A DNA stretch of 64,000 nucleotides. It comes from the human T2T-CHM13v2.0 reference genome, Homo sapiens. The DNA lies in NCBI RefSeq assembly GCF_009914755.1, contig NC_060927.1; one strand, 5' to 3'. Positions within the stretch are counted from its first letter, which is position 1; every line of letters starts with the position of its first letter. The translations under genes were made by a program, and so were the position numbers. The notes below the pieces were generated by a model. The model was not told the DNA's origin and made no database searches. It worked only from the letters and a program-made list of their open reading frames with translations. Positions 52,961 to 64,000 of this stretch are shown here, one piece after another.

Positions 52961-55900
52961 TCAAGTAAGCAAGCAAGCATGACAGAAGTCAAAATCAAAA
53001 ACAAAATCTTCCCCACTATACATAAATGAACTCAAGTATTCAGAAACAAAATATGAAGGACTAGGTTAAACTCCGACAATAAGAGCACAGATTTATCATA
53101 GGGAAGATGTGCCCTGCTTTTACCTTGCTGTATCACAAGATACCCTATATTCTTCAGAAATGCTGCAGTCTCAAAGGAAAAGATCATCCATGGGACACTT
53201 TATTGGAAGCTTTTCTTGTTTACCAATTAAACTATGACTTCATGTTATCACAACGCTGACAAGGTGTACAAACTATGTAACATTTTGCAACTACAGGACA
53301 GTCTGCCTTTCACATATCACTTATTAATCTCCATGAACTATTAGCATCAGCCATTTTTCAAGGCTCTTTATCTTCATTTTAACTGCAAAAAGGAATTGCT
53401 TTTTCCAGGTTCTTGAGGATTCTTTTCATTGGTGAAAAGCGGCATGTAATGTTACAAAGAATAACCCAAAAAAAGCTTTCAGTTATGAATGTATTTTCCT
53501 ATATCATGAATAGTTCTAAAAACGAGCTTCAGTTTGAAAAGAGTAACTTTGAAGTCAGATTTCTCAGAAATCTTTTTGTGAAAACTGAACAACTGGATGT
53601 TGAATGATGTGTAAAACTACTATCTCACAGTGAAGGAAATGTCCAGGGAAGCTGTGGGAAATTAGAAATGATCACCATAAAGAAAAATGAACACCAGTTT
53701 AGTAGGAAGGAGAAGGGAAGACATCAGGAGAAATATTTAAATCTTTAATTCAACCAACTTGATACTGAAGCCCAACTTAGAAATTTAAAATAGTATGATT
53801 TAAAATTAAACAGAAAAATTATTTTACTCTAAGTCACACTGAAACCCAGTAAAATGTTTACACTCTTAAAAATACAACCTACTAGCTCCAGATTAACTAA
53901 TTGCAGTGGATTGCTAACATATTAAAATACTTGGTGTACATTCTGCTTCTTTCTAAGCTTCAATGACCTGCAGTAAATTGAAAGCTTCCTAAAATAACAT
54001 CTAATTAAAATTCTTGACAGCAGTGTGAGATTGCAGTACAGCAAATAAAGTCCTGCTCTCACCTTGTTTACTTGCCATCTGTCTCTCTTTTAAATGTCAA
54101 GTACCAAACATGCTACAAGAATTCCAGTTATTTAGGCTTTCCAGTTATTTTAATCCCACATAAATGACAGTTTACAATAAATGCATACAAAGAAGGATTA
54201 AACTTGATGCTGGAATGATGCCACACATACAGTAGAGGAAGTAAATAAAGAATAGTTACATAATGGAATGTTATCTGGTACACAATACATCTACACTGAT
54301 CTTCCAATATAAAGGTTACCTCGAGTGATTAGAGGTAAACACTGCTTGCCTTTTGTGCCTCACCTCTAAAGCTTTACTTCACAACCTTAATTAATCTCTT
54401 GATAAAGATGTGGGAAGACCACCATGTTACACAACTCTCAGAGGTACCACTTCTCTTAAGAAATAGTAAAAAGGTTATGACAGCTCTGTCTAGTACACCT
54501 TTCCTTCACTAATGGTTTCTGAAATCAAAAGATCCTCTCAATGAAGTCCAGCAGCCCCATCCTCTCTTTCTAACACGCTTACCTGGATCAAAATAATTTA
54601 GCATAGTTATCTGTGTCTAACATGATCTCCCAGGAAATGAAGTGTGGATTTGGGAGTGTCCCCAATCTTGCTATAATAAATAAAAATTAAATTTAATTGT
54701 GTAAGAACTATCCAGATAAATTTTAAAAAGTAATTCAAGGAGGTTCCCAAATTAGTCTGGGGACATACCATGAGCACCCCGCAGAGGCAATATGAAACAG
54801 GAGTTTATCTTAGGGCTGGGTTTTGACCTCCAGAGTTATAAGAAAAGAAAAACTATTTCACAAATATTTACGGGCAAGTTTCGGAACCACAGTATGGCCT
54901 GAGAAATAGGGCAAATATGACGGTTTCTTACATGAAGGGATCATGGCCAACTAAAATGGTAAAGCTGAGATTACTGACATCCCACACTAGTTAACTTACA
55001 AAAACACACAAAACCACCCCCACCCTTGGTCTAGTGAGTCAAAACAAACTGCTGACAAACCCTAACAGCTATGTGAGGGGGCGCAACGATAATACACAGT
55101 GAGAACACACATGCCTCTGTTTTCCTGTCAAGTCTAAGTCTGCATGGTGGATGTAAGAAAACAGCAATTCCTTTCTTTAAAAGCCCTGCCTACATATTCA
55201 AAATATCTCAGATGTCCCTCAAAGCTGATATGCTCACATCAAAACAAAACAAGACCAAAAAAAAAAAAAATCATTTATAGCAAGAATATTAGATCCAACC
55301 CTCCGACCTTTACTTTAAAAGGAAAGAAAAAGAGATAGCAGTTAAGCAATACATAAATACAAAATAGCCTTAGCTAAAATTTAAAAACTAGTTTTCAAGT
55401 TTGGAAATCTTCATCCGTATTAAGGAATTCCGTCAACAAGGACACAAGACAATTCCCACAATAAGACTTAAAAAACATTGTGCACGCGTATTAATGCACT
55501 GCCTCAAGAGTCCTGAATAATATAACAACCATCTGCTGCACAGCAAGCTATAAAGAGGATGAAGCACTTCTGTCAATAATACATACCAAATGAAACTGGA
55601 CTATTCATGTCGAAAGCATAGATTTTTGGAGGATTCCCCAGTTGCCGAAAAGTCCTGTGTATTCAGGGTCATAAGTACAACACATCACAGAAACAAAAAC
55701 AGTCTTTGAAGAAATGTTAATATAAGAATAAGAGGAAGTGAAAACACTCATTGGAGCTCAGATACAGAACTAATAAGTCAATAAGAAAGCTATGCAATAT
55801 GCTCATTGCTTTGAGTAGTTTGTGAGAGTAGGCAGAATGATGTGAATTTTTTAGGAATTTATCTTACAGGTACTAAGTGTAGCTACAAGGACACTCCATT

Positions 55901-56352
55901 AAAGAAGTACTTGTAAACTGTAGTAATTTCATGAACTTTGTCCAAGAATGTTATTACAGTAAAGCTATTTTGAGAATACATACAGTTAAGAGTTGCTTTG
56001 AAATATATTTATAATTAAAACATAAATAATAATGATATTACTATCCTTATAAGCATTTTCTTTTCTTCTAAAATCGCCAGTACTCATTCCCAAATGTGAA
56101 GAAGCTGACATTCAGAGTGTACCTACAAATTCTAAAAACAAGCCTTCAGACACTTCAACACTTTCCATTGTAACATCTCTCTTCTGCCTCCCTCCAGGCC
56201 CCAGCAGCTCGTAATCTAGGAATACATCAGGATTTTCAAATCATCCTATAGTAATTCTAAAGAAATAACCATATATTATTATGAGTGTTTGCCAAGTATA
56301 AAGCACTGTTCTGGATACCATGGGAGACACAGAAGAGACATAGCCTATTACC

Positions 56353-56594
56353 TTTTTTTTTCCTTTTTTTCTTTTTTTTTTTTTTCTGAGACACGTTCTC
56401 ACTCTGTCACCCAGGCTGGAGTGCAGCGCCATGACCTCAGCTCACAGTAGCCTCAACCTCCTTGGCTCAAGCAATCTCACCCATTTCAGCCTCCAGAGTA
56501 GCTGGGACCACAGGCATGGGCCAACACACCTGGCTATTTTTTTTTTTTTTTTTTTTTTTTTTTGTAGAGATGGGGTCTCTCTGTTACCCAGGCT
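56353..56594 (-). mobile_element. Truncated AluJ-like
   Basis: Poly-T, CAGCTCACAGTAGCCTCAACCTCC..GGCTCAAGC, expanded middle T run, breaks off in the left monomer. Confidence 0.92.
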
Positions 56595-56849
56595 CCTAAC
56601 ACCATTTTAAAAAGATAACAATATTTGACAATATATCATTAACTGCCACATGAAAGGCCTTGATAAATGCTATGGTCAGAAGGAAAAGACACATTTTAGC
56701 TAGAATGATCAGAAAATCAGAGCCAAGATGGGCATGGGGATAGAGTGGGAATGTTAGCTATGCCAGTAATAAGAAAGAATACCTGCATAAACTGGAAATA
56801 GGAAAGGGAGGAGAAAGGGGCAGAATAAAAGGCTGGCAAGCAAAGGTAA

Positions 56850-57201
<352 letters not shown>

Positions 57202-57858
57202 CCCTCTTCTAAGTGACTCGAGACTGGAAGTGGATTCCTCTGGTAGTATAAAGGAAGCTTAGTAAAATGAAAGGAGTTCTGAACACATCCAGGATTCCAT
57301 CCCCACCTGTGCCACCTCAATAGTCCTTGATAAGATTATACATAAAAGGAGATAATTTGACTCATGTGGATTCTGAAAGCAGACAGAAGGTCAGAAACTG
57401 CTAGGGCACTCTTTACCAATATATGTGCAGATCCCAACTGGTAAATTTAGCAGGCATTATATAAAGGCTGGCAATCTGTATTTAATAATCATTTCAGAGG
57501 ATTAGAATGCATCTGATCCATGGAAAATGCAGGAAAGCCACTAGATTAAATGCTTGTCAGACATTAGTGGCATATCTTGTGTTAAAAACAAAAACAAAAA
57601 AGGCCTAAATTTATTATGTTTTAAAATGATTATATACATCAGAATATTGAGACAAGATAGGAAATGTTAGTTTCATAGGTCTATAGCTATCAGTCATTGA
57701 CTACCTACCATTTTTTTTGCCTTTAGAAGATCACAATGGTAATTCACAAAGAACTGCTGGCAGAGATAGGGTAGAGAAGAAAGCGACAAAAAGAAAAAAG
57801 TATTTAAGTTTAAAAATGCCAAGTTTTTAAGACTGTTATGAAAATGATATCAGTAATG

Positions 57859-58068
57859 CAGGAATCAGCAAACATTTGCAGTAAAGGCCCAGAGAGTAAA
57901 AGTTTTCAGCTCTGCAGGCCAGATAGTCTCTATGGAACTACTTACCTCTGCCATTGTAGCCACAGACAGTAAGTAAATAAATGAGCATGGCTCCGCCATT
58001 GAAAATTTACTCACAGAAGGAAATACAACCTGGATTAGGCTCACAGTCTGTAGTTTGCCAAGTGTTGA
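57859..58068 (+). mobile_element. MER58A (hAT-Charlie)
   Basis: CAGGAATCAGCAAAC...GTAAAGGCCCAGAGAGTAAAAGTTTT...CTCTGCCATTGTAGC...GTAGTTTGCCAA. Confidence 0.8.
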
Positions 58069-59256
58069 TATAATGGGGAAAAAAGTATTGTGATAAATTA
58101 TCAACTTCAAAGTTTCAGTTGCTTTATCAAAAAGTATTTTTTACATATGCAATTGTAATGAGAACAAACTAAAATTAGTATTAAAGAGGAAAAAATTCAC
58201 ACAAAATGTGGTAAGGAGAATTTGCTTTAAGACTTTATCCATGCAAACCTATTTTAATCAGGTAAATGAGACCCAGCTGACCAGGATGGAAATCTTTAGT
58301 TAAATGAAAATTTTCTGAAATCTCTGGAAAAAAGAATAAAATTGACAGCTCCACATACTTCATAGAAAATCAGTATGCCCTACAAAAACCTTCAGAACAA
58401 AACGCGAAGGGTTTTCAGCATCTGTAAAATGAGCTGAGATGCTTTATCATTAATATAGTTCAGAAAAAACTAGATAATCTTTCTTACTTCCTTTTTAAAA
58501 ATCTGTGCCCATCAAGACAAATTAAATGCTTAAAAAGTTACAAGTAATATTTCACACATGTATATACATAAACAGAGTGAGAAAGGAAGAGATATTTACA
58601 GAAAAAGGTATACTTGAAAAATAAAGCTTTAAATAGTCTTTCTGAATTTAATGAATACAAGCATCGTGTTAGAAAAAAAAAAAAGTTGCATCGACTGACC
58701 AGATGACATACAATATTAATTCTGGTTTAATGAAGAGAAAAAACAACAGTTCATTTTCACAACCATAAAATGTGCTAATTGTTCAAATGAGTCCCCCCGA
58801 AACAAAGTTGAAAAAGGCATTACAATTCTGATACCCTTCATATGCCAACAGCTGTAGGCTCAGACATGCCAACTGGTAACGAAACTTCATTTAGAAATAT
58901 ATCACACATGAATATTACATGCACACCCCAGTGTGTCAAGTCATGTAACCTCCAATCTATTTAGCTTCTCCACACAGGAAAATGGAATTGGACTACCTGG
59001 TGCTCATCTCTGAGGTTTAGACACTGATAACAAAGATAAACAATATCATTCTTATATCACATAATTTCAACCTTCCTTACCTACTGAAACCAATTATTTG
59101 GGTCTAAACCTAAAGTTACAGTAGTCAAAGTTGAAAAGTGAATGAAGTATTACTCAAGAAAAAAAAAAAAGAAGAAAATATAATCGTCTTCTCTTTTAAA
59201 GGATAATGAGCTTGAAATGAAAAGTCTTTGTAAAACTGTTCCTTCTTTAATTATTA

Positions 59257-59610
<354 letters not shown>

Positions 59611-59706
59611 TCACACCACAAAGTTTCCACAGTTGTTCTGGAGATCACATTATTTCACATATATGTGAGATTTCTAATATACATATTAGATATATCAAAT
59701 ACATAA

Positions 59707-60038
<332 letters not shown>

Positions 60039-60169
60039 CAGAACCCAAGATTTTAAGCTTACCAATAATCCAAAATAGAGTAAATATCCTTACTCTTAAG
60101 TAGCATTCAAAACTGAGAACATGAGATACATTATGGTTTTTAAGAAAGAACAGAACATAAATATTTTGG

Positions 60170-60641
60170 GGAGAAGTATCTATAGGTCTCCCACATTTTT
60201 TCATGTCTTGCAACCAGATACTGCCAGCCTTTCAAATTATCCTTTCAGGAACATTTGTGTATCAAACAGCCTTAGATAATAGGGACAGTGTTTTCCTCTG
60301 GAGAAAAAAAAAAAAAGAGGGTTACAGTCCAGTTCAATAAAGATAATGTCTCCTTCCAGAGCAAGAGTCAGGCAGGTTTACTGTCCATTATAAAAATTCA
60401 GGGTCCTTAGGCTTGGGATTCATCTGTAATGCCAGCCACTGCACATGCAGGTGTCTCCTGCCCTTTATACTGTCCTATAGAAACTGAGGGTTGGTGACCT
60501 GGCACAAGTGATGACCCCTTGCCTAATGCTGTCCCTCTGTGACTAATAAATGGTTCATTTTCCCCGACCAAATATTCTCCTGTCTTCTGCTAGCCCTGAA
60601 AGTATGGCAAAGTAGCTTCAGGCTCTTCGCAGTCCTTGACA
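60170..60641 (+). mobile_element. ERV-type solo LTR (family uncertain)
   Basis: Repeated AGATAAT...TCTCC..CAGAGCAA motifs, TATAAAA at ~60389, AATAAA at ~60545, terminal ...CTTGACA. Confidence 0.6.
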
Positions 60642-60929
60642 ATATATTTTTAAAGAAATATGCCTTAAAGCCAAGTTATACCATGTTTAAATGAAGAGTG
60701 TCTGTTTATCTCTCAAAAAGAGATATCTGGCTATCTCCTTTGACAATTTAGACTGACTAAACAAACACCGTTTCTCCCTTGCCCTTCTTTACTATGGAGG
60801 CTGAAATTTCAAAGTTTCAATATACCGCTACCTTTGTAACCTGGAGTGACCCAGTGGCTTAAATAATATGGAAGAGAATCTGCTAGAGAAGCAAGTAGGT
60901 GGTAAGGTACTGGGACAGCTTTGCAATTC

Positions 60930-61140
60930 AAGATAAGAAGACAGACACGTGTGGAGTTGCCCTTCCCCTTTCCTGCCTTGTGTCCTTAAAAAATGAAGCT
61001 GCAACAGGAATTCCACAACTGTGAAGGGAACAGAATGAAGATAAAACCCAACATGCTAAGGAAATGAATTACAATAAGCCAGAAAGAGCCTGGGTCTCTG
61101 ACAGCATTGTACTGTTAGATGGGTATTGTTACTTTTAGCC
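60930..61140 (+). mobile_element. Old MLT1-type MaLR fragment
   Basis: CCCTTCCCCTTTCCTGCC...AAGATAAAACCCAACATGCTAAGGA...AGAAAGAGCCTGGGTC. Confidence 0.45.
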
Positions 61141-61260
61141 AACTTATATACTCAGTCTGTGTTGATGAAACTTACATATAATGCAACTTATATGATGGAT
61201 TGGTGTTGATAAAATAGTTTTAAAATTTTACTCTCCAAAAATTAGATAGGTACTTTAAGC

Positions 61261-61471
61261 CAAGGGTTGGCGAAGGACCACCCAATGGTCAAATTTGGTC
61301 TGGCTCATTTTTGTAAATAAATTTTTATCAAAATACAGCCATGTCAATTAATTTACAGACTGTCTATGTCTGCTTTCCTAGCACAGAGGCAACGCTGACT
61401 AATTGCCAGAGACCATCTGGCAAAGTCTAAACTATTTACTATCTGGCTCTGTACAGTTTGCTGACCCATGG
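61261..61471 (-). mobile_element. MER58A (hAT-Charlie), opposite orientation to the 57859 copy
   Basis: CAAGGGTTGGC...TTTTTGTAAATAAATTTTTAT...TATTTACTATCTGGCTC...GTTTGCTGACCC. Confidence 0.8.
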
Positions 61472-62185
61472 TTTAAACCATTCAACATGCCACTTTCAGA
61501 AACAATCATTTACTCTTGTTTAAACTAAAATCCTCAAATTGATTTCCTAAAATTTGAATTGAAATCATGTTTAATACTCCATATTTTAATATTAAAGACA
61601 AAATGAATGTGGTGTTTGTTGCCTTCTCTTTGTCACCAACATGGAAAACACTTCCCAATTATTTATTTTCTATGTGCAACAGGGAAAACTTTATAAACAG
61701 ATTTAATAAGTTATAATTATTCTAATTAATCCTCCAGAGATTATCACAAAATTAAAGAAAACAGGGATTGTTAAGAAATAACCAGGGCTATTAATATTAT
61801 AAATGTAAATTAAATGTACATATTTGTATTACTAATAATTTCTAAAGAGAGATGGCACTTTATACATTAAAATCGGTAAGAATGTTAAAAAAAGGTACTT
61901 ACAAATTCAATTATATCAATAAATACAAAAATGTATTATTGGGAAATGTAGAATATGCCATGTTTTCCAATATATTTATAAAAAGTAATGCATAAATTAA
62001 CCATGCATTACACACCTGAAAAAAACTTATTTCAGCTACAGACCTTTACAAAAAATAATTACAAGTAATTTTGTTTGCTATTATATTCTATTAATCCAAG
62101 TTTTTCAAACCTCCATGACATGTTCTAATGGGTTTCAACTTTCTTCCCCTCCTTAGTATAAATGTACACTGCCATATTTGGTCAC

Positions 62186-62632
62186 TGTTAGGGACTGAAT
62201 GGTGTCCCCTAAAAAGATATGTTTAAATTCTAACCTCAATCCTACCTGTCAATATGACCTTGTTTCAAAATAGCATCTTTGCAGCTGTAATGAAGTCAAG
62301 ATGGGGTCACAAGGGTAGGCTCTGATCCAAAATCACTGGTGTTTTTGTAAGAGGGAAATTTGGACACACACGTACATACACAGAGAACACTGTGTGATGA
62401 CAGAGCAGAGAACAGACTTACGCTGCCATAAGCTAAGGAATTCCTGGAGCTACCAGAAACTGAGACAGACAAAGAAATTACCTATTCTAGAGGGTTCTGA
62501 GGGGCAAGGCCCTGCTGGCTGACACCCTGATTTCAGATTTCTTGCCTCCAGAAATGTGAGAGAATAAATTTCTCTCGTTTAAGCCACCCAGTATGTGGTA
62601 CTTCGTTACCGCAGCCCGAAGAAACAAATACA
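62186..62632 (+). mobile_element. MLT1B/MLT1C-like (ERVL-MaLR) complete solo LTR
   Basis: TG...CA termini, GACTGAATGGTGTCCCC...CCTCCAGAAATGTGAGAGAATAAATTTC...AAGCCACCCAGTATGTGGTAC; 5-bp TSD GTCAC at 62181 and 62633. Confidence 0.93.
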
Positions 62633-64000
62633 GTCACACATTTGTGATTATATGTGAAAGTGGTATATTATAATCACATGATCAGATGTTCAAAGTAATA
62701 CATTTCAATAGAACATCTAAATTATCTTTCAGTTTAATTTGTTCTTCAATGTTTCCACTGAACAACAGAGCCTCAATCTCTCTTTATTATTTTAATCTAT
62801 AAAGGGCACTTTTTGTAATGATCTCATGTGTCTTGCTGTTTACAGCACATCTATGAACCATTGATGTATACATATATCCTCAAACAAAAACTCATGCTCA
62901 AACAATAAATCTGAAGAGACAAAAGATTAATATTTTTAAAAGATTTAGAAAACGGAATGGTTATGAAGTACTTCACATCAAAACAATCAGACATGAATAC
63001 TATTTTACACCCTACCCAATTAGCACTGAATGCTAATCTGTTTGGATTCTTGGAAACTCCACTTCTTTGTTAAATCACTGAAAAACAAGACTCTTCTTGG
63101 GCTAGATTCCAAGCACTCTTGAGGCTATAGGATTATCACTGTAGCTTGTCTGTTTTATAAACAAACTTTAATTTAGTTTTGTAAGAAACTGCCAAAGGAG
63201 CTTTCTTTAACTAAATAACAACTCTGCCACTTGAAAGACATCATTCATCAACTTTCTTTGTGGGAGTATTGTTATTATGAAACTAAAAGCAGGCATTCTT
63301 TCTTGAGTGCTTCTGGATTTTAATTATCAAATTTTAATGTCACCAGATATTTACTGAAAGGAAAACATCAATTTTAATAAGCTACCTAAGACTGAAAAAC
63401 ATAAAAGGTATTCCACTGCAAAGCCAAGTTCACTTGAGTCTTGTGAGTTTGCTTAATATATATAATAATTGGTATCATTCTCAGGAATATATAAACATTT
63501 AACAAATGCTCATCTGTGGGGGAAAAAAGTCCTCAATTTTAATATCCAAATATCATATGTGCATAATATATAATCTGATTTAGAAGAAATTAAAATACTT
63601 GCAATAAGTTTTAGTTACTAAGAAACCAGGAGTTGGGGGCTGAACAGTATTAACATGGGGCTTAGAAAAAAAAAAAAAAACTAAACTAAATAAATGAAAT
63701 AAATAGCAAATAAATGTATTACAAGTAAGCATTTTATTAAAATTTAAAAAGCTAATGGTGGAATTCATTTTAATTACATCTGAATAATTTCGTTTTCTTT
63801 TGTATTTTGTAAAATATACCCTAGAGAGGAAACTGCTATTAAAAAAAAAAAACTTTCACTTTTCATTGAAAAATCAACAAGAAAATTACATTGTATCTAG
63901 CTAGCTAAGCAGCAGGGGTGCAGTTAGCCAAATACACAGGGCCATAAAGTCCTTAACAGTCAAAGATTCTGCAAGCTCTCACCTGCCTCCCCTAACAGAC

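Overview
Primate (human-like) AT-rich genomic DNA with no CpG island and no recognisable protein-coding exon. It is dense in interspersed repeats: 14 Alu/FLAM copies, two 5'-truncated L1PA-type 3' ends, older L1M, L2 and MIR fragments, hAT-Charlie DNA transposons (MER1A, MER30, MER5, MER58, MER3/33-like) and MaLR/ERV solo LTRs. The A-rich + strand and mostly + oriented L1/MaLR copies suggest the window lies inside one very long intron of a minus-strand gene, which I cannot name. The standout feature is a ~145-bp imperfect inverted repeat that matches no repeat family I recognise (4156-4299 vs 4648-4794, about 82% complementary by hand alignment, perfect blocks of 33, 22 and 13 bp, 348-nt loop). 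On the minus strand each arm reads as a frame-preserving exon-like unit (123 nt and 159 nt) whose splice sites are buried in RNA structure. This makes it a candidate structure- or ADAR-controlled splicing switch. Repeat family names come from recalled consensus sequences, and boundaries of old elements are approximate.
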